The translations under genes were made by a program, and so were the position numbers. From positions 1-64,000 of the IMG/VR virus record IMGVR_UViG_3300027804_001810: a DNA stretch of 64,000 bases; one strand, 5' to 3'. This DNA comes from a virus. Taxonomy: Duplodnaviria; Caudoviricetes. The first letter of the stretch is position 1, and the number at the start of each line of letters is the position of its first letter. Under the pieces are notes generated by a model. The model did no database searches and was not told the origin of the DNA. It worked only from the letters and a program-made list of their open reading frames with translations. Below are positions 1 through 10,061 of this stretch, piece after piece.

Positions 1-80
1 ACAGAGAGTTCATCATTCTTATCCCATCCAAGTTGTTCAAGGGCAATAGCAAACTGCCCAAGCATACCACCAGTTGTCAT
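1..80 (-). CDS. Hypothetical protein, 5' part only ([26 protein letters not shown]...), runs off the window edge
   Basis: Manual translation; ATG at 78-80 overlaps the petF stop (TGATG). Confidence 0.7.
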   Translation of the reverse strand, partial: MTTGGMLGQFAIALEQLGWDKNDELS

Positions 81-370
81 CACAGGTTTTCTTCCTGTTC
101 GGTAAGGATCACACAATCGCTGGTAGGATATGCCACGCAGGTGAGCACCCAACCTTCAGCGATCTGGTCATCATCAAGGAACGATTGCTCCTCATTATCC
201 ACGGTGCCACTGATCAGTTTGCCAGCACAAGCAGAGCAAGCACCTGCTTTACACGAAGAAGGAAGATCAACACCTGCCTCTTCTGCTGCCTCAAGAATGT
301 ATTGGTCTGGGGCACACTGGATAGTGGTTTCGGTGCCGTCAGGGGACTGAAGTGTAACGTTAAATGTCAT
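80..370 (-). CDS. petF: Plant-type [2Fe-2S] ferredoxin
   Basis: CKAGACSAC (CX4CX2C) and VLTCVAYP motifs; likely start MTFNVTL at 370. Confidence 0.97.
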   Translation of the reverse strand: MTFNVTLQSPDGTETTIQCAPDQYILEAAEEAGVDLPSSCKAGACSACAGKLISGTVDNEEQSFLDDDQIAEGWVLTCVAYPTSDCVILTEQEENL

Positions 371-371
371 T

Positions 372-458
372 TCAATAAGTTTCCGCAACTTTCTCTACAG
401 CATAGCACAGGAGCACAAAAAAGGCAACTGATGTGATGGTGAAAATTGTTTCAGTCAT
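372..458 (-). CDS. Small membrane peptide, 28 aa ([28 protein letters not shown])
   Basis: Manual translation; fills the hli-petF gap and its ATG overlaps the hli stop. Confidence 0.7.
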   Translation of the reverse strand: MTETIFTITSVAFFVLLCYAVEKVAETY

Positions 459-652
459 CAGAAGATACCGAAGAAGAAGTTGCCAGTGATAGAATAAGAA
501 ATGATACCAGCAACAAAGCCGACCATTGCCCAGCGTCCATTGGTGCGCTCCTTTACTTGATTGGGTGTGAGCATACCATAGTTCTCATAATACATGGTGG
601 GCTCTTTGGCAAACATGTTCTGTTGCCCATATTCGTTAGTTGTTACAGTCAT
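458..652 (-). CDS. hli: High-light inducible protein
   Basis: ERTNGRWAMVGF chlorophyll-binding motif; cyanophage-type N-terminus NEYGQQNMFAKEP; start at 652. Confidence 0.95.
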   Translation of the reverse strand: MTVTTNEYGQQNMFAKEPTMYYENYGMLTPNQVKERTNGRWAMVGFVAGIISYSITGNFFFGIF

Positions 653-679
653 TGTAATATTGTAAAGAACTATTACAAA

Positions 680-718
680 ATTATATAGCAAAAATAAAGG
701 GGCGTCAAGCCCCTTTAT
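680..718 (-). promoter_or_regulatory. sigma70 promoter TTGACG-N17-TATAAT whose -35 lies in the loop of the terminator ending the glycan cluster
   Basis: -35 at 703-708, -10 at 680-685; 10-bp stem ATAAAGGGGC/GCCCCTTTAT followed by a T-run. Confidence 0.8.
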
Positions 719-749
719 CAAAATATCCTAACAATTTAAGTATAAATGC

Positions 750-1550
750 TTACTGTTCTGTAGTGCTAATGCGATTTAGATAAGGATCATAGTCCATTAA
801 TTCTGATATGTGCATTTGACATCCTTGGTTCTCCCAGAAATTCATCAATGCATTATGACTACCTCTATGATAGATATCAATGTGTTCTGGGTGAATAGCA
901 GATCCTAAATCAAGACGATATAAAAGTAAAGGAATCGAATAAGTTTTACCAGATCCAAAGATGGTATCCTCTGAAACTGCTCTGGGTTTTACTCCAGTGT
1001 CAAGTTTAAACTTATCTCCACGAACATGATTTTTCATAATCTTTGCTGCATGGTGGCGAGTAATCAAATATGCTGCAGCAGAAAAATCATTAATAAAGTA
1101 ATGATGAAGACGAACGTGAATATTACCAGTACAGATAGTAGTTAGTTGCACACAATCCCAATCATGAGGCAACTTTGCTACAAAATCTTTCCAAGTAAAA
1201 TTCCAGAACTTAACGGTTTCTAGAGCAACATCATCTTCAAAAATAAGAACATAATCGTCGGTCATGTTCTCATAAAAATGTTTGATTGCTTTCAAGTGAG
1301 ACATACAGCAACCAATCTCATTGGTTGACATATTATCTGGAGCACGTCCACTTAAACTCTCACATACATCATCAGTTCTACCATCAAACCCAGCAATTCT
1401 AGTATGATTATCAACTTCCCAATATTTAAATTGCTGCTCCATATACTCATACCGATGAGTATCATTATCAAGGTTTAACCACAAAATAGGTGGTAAACCA
1501 TTTAATTTAAAACAAGATTTGTTTTTATCAAGTGTCAAATTACTGTCCAT
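750..1550 (-). CDS. Glycosyltransferase, GT25 family
   Basis: WLNLD...R, EIGCCMSHLKA and LIFEDD motifs. Confidence 0.8.
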   Translation of the reverse strand: MDSNLTLDKNKSCFKLNGLPPILWLNLDNDTHRYEYMEQQFKYWEVDNHTRIAGFDGRTDDVCESLSGRAPDNMSTNEIGCCMSHLKAIKHFYENMTDDYVLIFEDDVALETVKFWNFTWKDFVAKLPHDWDCVQLTTICTGNIHVRLHHYFINDFSAAAYLITRHHAAKIMKNHVRGDKFKLDTGVKPRAVSEDTIFGSGKTYSIPLLLYRLDLGSAIHPEHIDIYHRGSHNALMNFWENQGCQMHISELMDYDPYLNRISTTEQ

Positions 1551-2398
1551 GATTCTGGAATTAAATCTTTAGTGTTATGTTGACTGTATGCTGGACCGAA
1601 CCACATTTTTGGTGCGATTACTTTTTTATTTGGATTCTTTTGCAACCATGCACCCCACCAAGAAAGGGAGCTATTAGCAATAATAGCATGGGAGCATAAA
1701 GACATAATGCATAGATCCACATAAGGAACTAATGCACCATCGTCGTATTTATCCTCTGGTTCAGAGAACATAAAACGATCTGGTTTAAAGATATCTTGTT
1801 CTTTACACCAATCAATCGAATCAGAAAATACCAGCACTGGCATATCTTCTGGGAAGTTCTTCAGTGCCTCTTCATAATACTCAAGCGGTTGAACGGGATG
1901 TTGATCTGAACAATTTACATATGCCCACTTAAATCCACGCTTGTCAGCAAGATTCGGATCACCTCTACGAACATGTAGGAATGCTACTTCTTGACCTTCA
2001 AACTGACTCATGAATTCTTTACAAGGATCGAGCCATTCAGACCTAAAAGTATAGTCCTCTCTAATTTCACTTTCAACATGTTTGAAATATTTTTCAGTTT
2101 GGAAAAATCCATTCAAACTTACATGATCTGGACAGAGAGTAAACAGTTCTTCATCAAAATGAAACTGTCTTTCTTGAACAAGTGGAGCGTTCCCATTATT
2201 CAAAAATTGAACATTATCAACATTTGACATTTCAAATGCTTCAAATAGACCATAGTTATCAATTTGAAAATCAGGTCTATTGGCGGGGGGAATACAGTAT
2301 TCAACCCCAAGTTTTCTAGCGATACCTTTGGTCGAAGCATGTTGGAACATTTGATTTCCCAACCGCCCCATAGTACCAATGTGATTAAATCCAATCAT
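1535..2398 (-). CDS. GT11 alpha-1,2-fucosyltransferase-like protein
   Basis: GRLGNQMFQ, LHVRRGD, IIANSSLSWWGAWL. Confidence 0.9.
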   Translation of the reverse strand: MIGFNHIGTMGRLGNQMFQHASTKGIARKLGVEYCIPPANRPDFQIDNYGLFEAFEMSNVDNVQFLNNGNAPLVQERQFHFDEELFTLCPDHVSLNGFFQTEKYFKHVESEIREDYTFRSEWLDPCKEFMSQFEGQEVAFLHVRRGDPNLADKRGFKWAYVNCSDQHPVQPLEYYEEALKNFPEDMPVLVFSDSIDWCKEQDIFKPDRFMFSEPEDKYDDGALVPYVDLCIMSLCSHAIIANSSLSWWGAWLQKNPNKKVIAPKMWFGPAYSQHNTKDLIPESWTVI

Positions 2399-3239
2399 GT
2401 TTCATTTCCTCAAATACTTTTGCAATTCCTTGATCAAGTGGAGTCTTGGGCATCCACCACCCAGTAATATAAGTGTCTGCTTCATTTCGCTTATCCATTT
2501 GAACACTATCTTTAGCGATACCAGGTTTAATTTTCACATCATATTTACCAATTAGATTAAACTGACCCTGAATCATTTCAGCAACAGATTTAATTGAATC
2601 ATTTCTAAATGAAGTAATATGCAATGGATCTGTTGGTTTGAAGTTATCATAACAGTTCATTACTGTTTCCAAACCTTCGCAGCAATCTTCCGCGTAAAGG
2701 AACTGCCTTTCTTCAGTTCCATCCGTAAGCATTTCAAACTCACCTTCTTCAAATCCCTTGCGAATAAGATCAGTAATCACATGAGATTTTTCAGCATCTT
2801 TTTCTACACCATAAACATTCCAAAACTTAACAGTTAATCCACCTAGAGTTTGAGTGTAAAGTTCTCCCACCCTTTTCAATACACCATAAGGAGAATGACT
2901 CATATTGCTCATTTGAGATGAGGCAAATACAAATGGTTTACGATATTCAGAAAGATACTGAAATACATTCGCCATAAGACGGATGTTATTATTAATAAAG
3001 TCATAGGTGTGCTGATACTTTTTCAGATACCTAGATCCACCTACATCAAATGCAAGGAAAAATACAAAGTCTGCAAGACGAATATCATGCATTAATTTGC
3101 TATTCGGAATTTTAGTGAGGTCTTCTTCCTCACCATTTACAATATCAAACTCCGAAACTTCATGACCTTTCTCACGAAGATATTCTGTCAGATAAGCACC
3201 GATCTGACCACTAGATCCAAGAATTAATATTTTTTTCAT
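2385..3239 (-). CDS. NAD-dependent epimerase/dehydratase (extended SDR)
   Basis: GSSGQIG Rossmann motif, YGVLK (YxxxK), RQFLYAEDC. Confidence 0.9.
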   Translation of the reverse strand: MKKILILGSSGQIGAYLTEYLREKGHEVSEFDIVNGEEEDLTKIPNSKLMHDIRLADFVFFLAFDVGGSRYLKKYQHTYDFINNNIRLMANVFQYLSEYRKPFVFASSQMSNMSHSPYGVLKRVGELYTQTLGGLTVKFWNVYGVEKDAEKSHVITDLIRKGFEEGEFEMLTDGTEERQFLYAEDCCEGLETVMNCYDNFKPTDPLHITSFRNDSIKSVAEMIQGQFNLIGKYDVKIKPGIAKDSVQMDKRNEADTYITGWWMPKTPLDQGIAKVFEEMKHDWI

Positions 3240-4045
3240 TTTAATATTTGCATTCTACGGTTTTTAACATAGTCCTGATTTTCATAATACCGCACTAATT
3301 GTGTTTTGTCAAATGTCTTGATTGTATTCCAGAGAGACCAGTTGTTGTTAAAATTTGGATTACTGAACCAAGAATTATATGTTCTACCGTGTTCCAAATG
3401 ATAAACATAATTATCAACTCTAGCAATACGTCTCCCAAGACAACTCATTCGATAATAAAACTCATCATCTTCACAACCCCAAGAAACAAAGTTTTCATTC
3501 ATCATGTAAGAATCAATATAAGTTTGACGATCAATAAATTGCGTCCAACCAATCGTTGAATTTGATAAGGTCTTATTTTTATCCAATACACTAGTATCTA
3601 GTTGACTTATAAAGGTCTCAAAAATTTCACTATTATATTCTGCTTTCCATTGATAAACTCCACACCCATAAGGGTAGACAACATCAGCTTGCCCTTTATC
3701 AATTAATTCATATGCCTCATGATAAGATGAAATTGGTAAAATGCAATCAGCATCATAGTTAGCGACAATTTTTGTATCGGCAGCAAGAATTAAATCATTT
3801 AAAACTTTACTCTTGCAAAAAAGATTATCATTAGTTTGCTCAAAAATATAGTCTAGATTAGAAGTATCGACATGCTTTTTAATTTCAGGTAAAGCTCTGA
3901 ATTTAAATGTTGCATGTGAAGAAACTTCTTTTACAAGAACTTTAGCAGGTATATGTTTTAACAAATAAGAAACAGAAGATATAATATTTCTTAATCTATC
4001 TTCTGTTTCAATTCTTGTTGGGATGATAAATGTTAAATCCATCAT
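3236..4045 (-). CDS. Glycosyltransferase with GT7 (galactosyltransferase)-like C-terminus
   Basis: NYDADCILP (DxD), NENFVSWGCEDDEF, YHLEH. Confidence 0.8.
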   Translation of the reverse strand: MMDLTFIIPTRIETEDRLRNIISSVSYLLKHIPAKVLVKEVSSHATFKFRALPEIKKHVDTSNLDYIFEQTNDNLFCKSKVLNDLILAADTKIVANYDADCILPISSYHEAYELIDKGQADVVYPYGCGVYQWKAEYNSEIFETFISQLDTSVLDKNKTLSNSTIGWTQFIDRQTYIDSYMMNENFVSWGCEDDEFYYRMSCLGRRIARVDNYVYHLEHGRTYNSWFSNPNFNNNWSLWNTIKTFDKTQLVRYYENQDYVKNRRMQILK

Positions 4046-4971
4046 AGTTCATTTTCAGAAGCAGTATATTCCTTATCAATAAACTCCTCTGGAAGATGCC
4101 CTCTAATCCATCCGTCAGGATACAAATCTTTCAGGTCTCTATAACAATCATGTTGATCCGTAAAGAAAGGACCAAAATAAGGATGTTGATAAACGGTTGA
4201 ATACTTTTTATTTTTCTGCAACCAAGATCCCCACCAACCATAGGTACTATTTGGGAAAATAGATCCATTACACAAACTCATAAGGCACAGATCAATCCAA
4301 GGAGATAGACTATATTCCATCTTCCCTCTACCGTTCCAAACCGCTTGAGTTGAATATTCTCTCTGCTCTGATATAAAAAATCTATCTTGTTTGAATAGTT
4401 TTTGTTCCTGAACCCAGTCTAACTTATCGGTTAAAACAAGAACGGGAACATCATCCGAAAAATTTTCCTTCAACATTTTTTCATACCACTCAATTCCAGC
4501 TACAGGATATTGATGAGGTCTTCCAGTAGCGTCTGCCCTTCTTACATGTAGGAAAATAATATTATCATCGAATTGTGATATAAACTCTTTGCATGGTTCA
4601 TAGATATCATCAACGAATTCAAAGTCTTCTCGAATTTCTTTTTCAATATGTTTGAAGTACTTTTCAGATTGTCTAAATCCTTCAAGATTTATATTGTCTG
4701 GACAATTTTCAAAAAGTTCTTCATCAAAATCATGGCATGGTTCATCACGTGTTGGAAAATTTTCTGGGACAAATCCAATATTATTCTCTTTCACGTGGGG
4801 AAGTTTAAATCCATCCATTAAAATGTATTCTGCCATTTGATAGGTCTGCCTATTTCTTGGTGGAATACACCAGTCATATCCATATTTTGCTGCAATACCC
4901 CTCAATGAGGCATATTGAAACATTTGGTTTGCCAGTCTACCATTTATACCAAGTCTATTGTATCCGATCAT
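4042..4971 (-). CDS. Second GT11 fucosyltransferase-like protein
   Basis: GRLANQMFQ, LHVRRAD, NSTYGWWGSWL. Confidence 0.88.
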   Translation of the reverse strand: MIGYNRLGINGRLANQMFQYASLRGIAAKYGYDWCIPPRNRQTYQMAEYILMDGFKLPHVKENNIGFVPENFPTRDEPCHDFDEELFENCPDNINLEGFRQSEKYFKHIEKEIREDFEFVDDIYEPCKEFISQFDDNIIFLHVRRADATGRPHQYPVAGIEWYEKMLKENFSDDVPVLVLTDKLDWVQEQKLFKQDRFFISEQREYSTQAVWNGRGKMEYSLSPWIDLCLMSLCNGSIFPNSTYGWWGSWLQKNKKYSTVYQHPYFGPFFTDQHDCYRDLKDLYPDGWIRGHLPEEFIDKEYTASENEL

Positions 4972-6020
4972 TTATTCAATACATCCAAAATTTTAATAAT
5001 TTGCTTTTTAGATCCAATTGTTATTCTAACACAATTCTCTAAATTTTCAAAAGAACTCCTATCTCTAATTAATATTTTGTTCTCTTTCATTTTATTTAAC
5101 ACAGTTTTAGAATCAGGAGTTTTAACAAGAACAAAGTTAGCAGAACTATCTACTGCTTTATATTGATTAGGAAGATTATCCATAAAAAACTTTTTGGCAT
5201 CATTCATTTCGGAAATACAAAATTCCAAGTAATCTAAATCATTTAAACAAGCGACACCGCAAAGTTGTGCAAGAGCATTTACAGACTTACCGTTTCTAAA
5301 CTTTTTAAGATGTACAAGTAGATCTGGGTGAGCAATAATATATCCCAAGCGAAGAGCTGCAAGACCAAATGCTTTTGAAAAAGTTCTGGTCACAATTATA
5401 TTTTTATTTGATAGAACTAAATGACAGCAAGACTGTTTAGCAAATTCATAATAAGCTTCATCAACTACAAATAAAACATTTGGCAAACTCTTAACAAGAT
5501 TTTCAATCTCTTTAATTTCTAATAACTTTCCTGTTGGGTTATTTGGATTTACAAGATAAACAACATCAGCATACTTACAATGATCAAAATCATATCGATG
5601 TTTACCCAGAGGATCTTCAATTTGGACTCGTTCATAGTTATCAGTATTTGTAGTGATAAAAGTATCAACTTGAGTATAAGAGGGTTGATAAGATAAAACT
5701 TGCGTATCGTTATCAACAAAAACTGTAAAGATATCTCTTAAGGCATCATCTGATCCATTATAAACTTCAATAAAATCTTCAGATACAGAAGTATATCTAG
5801 AAAGATTTTCCTTTAATTTTGAAGTTGTAACATCTGGATATCTTTCATAACGATAGAATCTTTTGACAACATCAAAAACTTTATTTGATGGTGGAAACTC
5901 AGATTCATTCCAATCAAAACATTCCCACTCGGAAGAAAGATTTCTTCTTCCACCAACATTGTATTCTTCAAGTTGTTTAATAGATTCTCTAACTTTAATC
6001 ATTATGAAAGAACTCCCCAA
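4968..6020 (-). CDS. HisC/CobD-like class I/II PLP enzyme
   Basis: NPNNPTG, VDEAYYEF, RTFSKAFGLAALRLGY with the PLP lysine. Confidence 0.88.
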   Translation of the reverse strand: MGSSFIMIKVRESIKQLEEYNVGGRRNLSSEWECFDWNESEFPPSNKVFDVVKRFYRYERYPDVTTSKLKENLSRYTSVSEDFIEVYNGSDDALRDIFTVFVDNDTQVLSYQPSYTQVDTFITTNTDNYERVQIEDPLGKHRYDFDHCKYADVVYLVNPNNPTGKLLEIKEIENLVKSLPNVLFVVDEAYYEFAKQSCCHLVLSNKNIIVTRTFSKAFGLAALRLGYIIAHPDLLVHLKKFRNGKSVNALAQLCGVACLNDLDYLEFCISEMNDAKKFFMDNLPNQYKAVDSSANFVLVKTPDSKTVLNKMKENKILIRDRSSFENLENCVRITIGSKKQIIKILDVLNK

Positions 6021-7228
6021 AAATCAATGAATACTTTATTAGATGTATCAAGAGATGCAAATACCTTATTAGGATGCATAATAATAATTACGTCAGACTT
6101 ATCTACACATTGCTGTGCAGAATCACATTTAATTACAAAATCCAATAGACCATTCAAGTTATCATATGTTTGTGGAAGTTCATCATAAACAAAAACCCCA
6201 ACTCCTTTACCTGTAAGTTTTTCAATCAACTTAACTGAAGGCGATCCTATAGTAACTGGAGATGCTGGTTTAAAAGATACCCCAAGAATACCAACATTTT
6301 TGTATCCACTACATTTCCTCAACAAATCCTCATGAAGACTTTCATTTACTTCGTCAGCAAATTTCAAATGCTTTGCTTCTTTACCTCTGTTCTCTGCAAA
6401 TTTAATAAAGGCAGAAGTATCTCTTGGGAAACACGTACCACCATAAGGAGTCCCATAACCAAAGAAGTATGGTGAAATTCTTTTATCCAAACCTATAGTT
6501 TCAGTAATGTTATGGACATTTACATTGTCCATACCATCACAAAGTTGACCTAGGAAATTTGCAAATGTAATCTTATTAACAATAAATGCATTCAAAGCGA
6601 CCTTGGCAATCTCTGCCTCTTCTAATGATAGAATTTTTTTAGGTGCATTATTAGTGTGAAACTTGGACCAAATGGTTTGTGTCTGAGAAATATCCAGACT
6701 GTTGTTGGATCCAATCAAGAAAAATTCTGGATTCAAAAAGTCTTTAATGACATTACCAAGTTTTACAAAATCTGGAACATATGAAAATCCAAATCCTTGA
6801 CCATATTTTCTACCAGAAATCTTTTCCACCAAATGAATCAATTTATTAATTGTTCCAGGAAGAACCGTTGATGAAAGAACAATCAAATGATAGTCTTTTT
6901 TACTTCTTTTTAAATTAACAGATAAATCTGTAAGAGCAGACTCAACAAACTCTGCAGAGTATCCACTATCTCCAAGTTGAGTATTCACTAGAATGATTGA
7001 TGCTTCTGTTTCTTCTACAGCTCTGGCATATGAATCTGTAAATCCAATAAAGTTTTCATGAGGAAATATATCAGACAATCCTGGTTCATAAAAAGGAAGT
7101 TCTTGATTGTTTAACTTCTCAAGAATGTATTCATTTTTATCTACACCCAGGATTTTATTTCCACTCTTTGCCAAACAGCAAGCAAGAGGTAATCCTAGTT
7201 TTCCAAGTCCAATAAAACTAACATTCAT
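6002..7228 (-). CDS. UDP-glucose/GDP-mannose dehydrogenase family protein
   Basis: GLGKLG, YGGTCFPRD catalytic Cys, GVSFKP. Confidence 0.92.
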   Translation of the reverse strand: MNVSFIGLGKLGLPLACCLAKSGNKILGVDKNEYILEKLNNQELPFYEPGLSDIFPHENFIGFTDSYARAVEETEASIILVNTQLGDSGYSAEFVESALTDLSVNLKRSKKDYHLIVLSSTVLPGTINKLIHLVEKISGRKYGQGFGFSYVPDFVKLGNVIKDFLNPEFFLIGSNNSLDISQTQTIWSKFHTNNAPKKILSLEEAEIAKVALNAFIVNKITFANFLGQLCDGMDNVNVHNITETIGLDKRISPYFFGYGTPYGGTCFPRDTSAFIKFAENRGKEAKHLKFADEVNESLHEDLLRKCSGYKNVGILGVSFKPASPVTIGSPSVKLIEKLTGKGVGVFVYDELPQTYDNLNGLLDFVIKCDSAQQCVDKSDVIIIMHPNKVFASLDTSNKVFIDFWGVLS

Positions 7229-8574
7229 ACCTTAACCTCATTAATGATGCTTCTAATTTTGTTTGTTTTTAGATCTCTTTTTATTTCATCAACTTCATTG
7301 ATTGTATAATTCATTTCACCCAGGCGAGAAGATAGTCCTTTTATTATATCACTTTTTATATCATCACCGCAATCAGAATTCTGAACATAGTTAAAAACAA
7401 TATCTTTCTCGGATTTCTGAATAATCTGAAACATTTTAATCGCTGGCATTTTTTTATCAATCCAACTATAAAAATTAACACCAGGTAATCTTGACCCACT
7501 AGCAGAAACTAAAATATCACTGCTTCGTCCATTAATTTCTTTAACTACACCATTCTCTAAAATAAAAGTATCCTCTGTCTGATAACGAATGAATGGCATG
7601 TAGTAGTTTAAAAAACCAGTGGCAATCAATCCAAAAGTTCCATCTCCATTATCATAAAATTCATCCACACCATACTCATAATTTTGTTTATAATCTCTAG
7701 ATTCTTCAGTCTGATGCATGAAGGATACCTTTTCCATTTGACCATAATGACCACATGGAACAATACCCAAACTTTCAACTACTTTATCATACCATTGATT
7801 CAACATTTTTTCTGATGTCACGTGAATCTTTTTTACATTGTTTAAATGTAAATTATTTTCTTCACATAAACAGGCAAGAATGTAAGCAGACGATGGATAC
7901 GTGCATATTGTTTGGTAATTGCCAGAATTAATCTTATTAATATACAGTTTAATTGTTTGAGAATTCAAATGATAAGCAGACATGTATAAACGTTTGAGTT
8001 CATGATCGTAATACCACAGAGGTGAATCACTATCTTTTGGAACATAACGCCTCAACCAAACACTAGGAGTATCATACAATTTAGCACCTTGTTCAAGGTA
8101 TGCTCTCATGTTAAAGGCAGCCTCTTTTTTAAGGGTATCATCATCCACAAAAAATTCTAGTTTATCGCCACTAGATCCACTTGTTGTGATTGGATATGCT
8201 CGATCAAGTTTTCTATTATCAGCAATTAGACGATCACGATTTTCAATAATAATTCTTTTAGTTAAGACTGGAAAATTTTTTAAGTCTTCAACTGTTTTAA
8301 AATCTCTTGGATCCCATTTGTTTTCAATAAAAATATCCCTATAATATGGAACATTATCATAACAATATGATAACAAAGATTTTAGTTCCAACAACTGATA
8401 AGATTTTTTTTCTTCTTCATTCCATTTGGAACTATGAAGCAAAAAATCAAGTGTTTCCCTATATACTTTCCCATACCTTTTGTGAAAAGGTACAAGATTG
8501 TAATAGGACCACTTGATAAAGTTGGGTGATTTTTTGACGATCCTATTTACACTTCCCATTAAAAAAATCCTCAC
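7225..8574 (-). CDS. CapK / phenylacetate-CoA ligase-like adenylate-forming enzyme
   Basis: TTSGSSG P-loop, HYGQME, RYQTED, GRSSD. Confidence 0.85.
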   Translation of the reverse strand: MRIFLMGSVNRIVKKSPNFIKWSYYNLVPFHKRYGKVYRETLDFLLHSSKWNEEEKKSYQLLELKSLLSYCYDNVPYYRDIFIENKWDPRDFKTVEDLKNFPVLTKRIIIENRDRLIADNRKLDRAYPITTSGSSGDKLEFFVDDDTLKKEAAFNMRAYLEQGAKLYDTPSVWLRRYVPKDSDSPLWYYDHELKRLYMSAYHLNSQTIKLYINKINSGNYQTICTYPSSAYILACLCEENNLHLNNVKKIHVTSEKMLNQWYDKVVESLGIVPCGHYGQMEKVSFMHQTEESRDYKQNYEYGVDEFYDNGDGTFGLIATGFLNYYMPFIRYQTEDTFILENGVVKEINGRSSDILVSASGSRLPGVNFYSWIDKKMPAIKMFQIIQKSEKDIVFNYVQNSDCGDDIKSDIIKGLSSRLGEMNYTINEVDEIKRDLKTNKIRSIINEVKV

Positions 8575-8866
8575 TATTTACTGCTTTGTCATCAATATAA
8601 TAATCTGCCGCATATTTTACACCAGTTCTTAATGTATTGAACTTAAGTCCCCAAGAACGAAGTTGATCAAAAGTTTTTTCATAGTGATTAATTTTTGAAC
8701 TACAACCTCTGGCAGTTTCAATAATAATTGTATGACCTTCTTCCCAAAGTTGATTTACTTTTTCAATCCTATCATGGTAAGGAGTAGCTTCAAAATATTT
8801 CCAGTTTCCATTATCATCCTTTTTTACATCACAAAGAGTATGATCTAGATCAAAAACATAAATCAT
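8543..8866 (-). CDS. Small HAD-family phosphatase (capsule-biosynthesis type)
   Basis: FDLDHTL, TARG, YIDDKA. Confidence 0.85.
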   Translation of the reverse strand: MIYVFDLDHTLCDVKKDDNGNWKYFEATPYHDRIEKVNQLWEEGHTIIIETARGCSSKINHYEKTFDQLRSWGLKFNTLRTGVKYAADYYIDDKAVNSEDFFNGKCK

Positions 8867-9702
8867 TTGCCAAACTTTTCCTTCAAATAATTTTCCCAGA
8901 TATAATCTTCAAGAACTTCCATTTTTTTAGCTCTCTCCAGATTATCTTTAATTGCGTCCATTTTGCTATAATATAACTCATCAGAAATATAAAATTCATC
9001 GGAGATCGTTATAATCCCATCCATATTAAAGTGCTCACCAATAGTGGGATCGCCCAAGTAAATAGGAATCGTTCCTGTAGCAAAACAATCAAGAATCTTC
9101 TCTGTAAAGTATCCTGGAACTTCGCAGTTCTCCATTGCAATTGAGAACATATAATCACAAAGTCCTTCTTCTTTCCAATCAATCCATTTAAAACCATTTC
9201 CAAAATGATCTACTTGATCTCTGAACTTCTCAACATATTCCAATCTTTTCTTATGACCCTCACACATTACTTTGTTTGAAGTAATCATAGAAATCATTTT
9301 AGACTTCTCATAAATTTTTGGTTCACGAATCCAAAATCCTTGGGCAGGAACCCACTTAAACTGAGGGCTCAACTTTAGTAGTTCTTTTTCAAAGACAAAA
9401 ATATATTCAAACTTTTCCAGGAATGCATCCAAGTTATCTCTCAAGAATTGAAACAGATCTGGAACAATAGGTTTCGATTCCAAAAACCAAGCATATTTGA
9501 TTTCATCGGAATCATCATTAAATGCTTCTGGAATTCTACGGTCTGTATAAAACTTCGCTACACCACTACCATCAGTAACCCACTCAAGGTATTTCGATTC
9601 TTTTGCATGGACAGAATATCCTTTGTTTGGAATCGGCAGTCTACCTCCATCCAAATGCGAAAAGGTACTGTCCACTAAGTTAAACTTTACTCTTTCAGTC
9701 AC
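8863..9702 (-). CDS. GT10 fucosyltransferase-like protein
   Basis: YMFSIAMEN...GYFTEKILDCFATGTIPIYLG. Confidence 0.8.
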   Translation of the reverse strand: MTERVKFNLVDSTFSHLDGGRLPIPNKGYSVHAKESKYLEWVTDGSGVAKFYTDRRIPEAFNDDSDEIKYAWFLESKPIVPDLFQFLRDNLDAFLEKFEYIFVFEKELLKLSPQFKWVPAQGFWIREPKIYEKSKMISMITSNKVMCEGHKKRLEYVEKFRDQVDHFGNGFKWIDWKEEGLCDYMFSIAMENCEVPGYFTEKILDCFATGTIPIYLGDPTIGEHFNMDGIITISDEFYISDELYYSKMDAIKDNLERAKKMEVLEDYIWENYLKEKFGK

Positions 9703-9704
9703 GA

Positions 9705-10061
9705 TTAATCTCCTGGAATAATTCTAATACTATCTTCATCAAAATGTTGGGTTGAAAATTCAAATAACTCCGTATCTTCCAAAGCATACATTTGATGTCT
9801 TAAACCTCTGTAAATATGGAAGCGATCTCCTTTTCTCAATATTTTCTTATTAGCAGCATCTAAATCATCTTCATCACTATATCTAAGTATAAGTTTCCCA
9901 GATTGAATATAAAATGTTTCATCTTTAAGCACATGATAGTGCCAAGAACATTTTTTCCCCTTTACAATATAAAGAAGTTTGCCACAATATTCTTTACTGT
10001 TAACTATCCATTTTTCAAATCCCCATCCTTTGGGAACAAATTTAATCGGAGAAGAACTCAT
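9705..10061 (-). CDS. Cupin (sugar-phosphate isomerase-like)
   Basis: PKGWGFE, SWHYHVLKDETFY, RHQMY; likely start MSSSPIK at 10061. Confidence 0.82.
   Translation of the reverse strand: MSSSPIKFVPKGWGFEKWIVNSKEYCGKLLYIVKGKKCSWHYHVLKDETFYIQSGKLILRYSDEDDLDAANKKILRKGDRFHIYRGLRHQMYALEDTELFEFSTQHFDEDSIRIIPGD

Noticed and set aside
33-436. Plus-strand ORFs opposite petF, and similar antisense ORFs throughout (e.g. 15020-15475, 19148-19546, 31121-31561, 32816-33295, 36030-36554)
   Set aside because: Shadow frames of well-supported genes, lacking motifs or RBS
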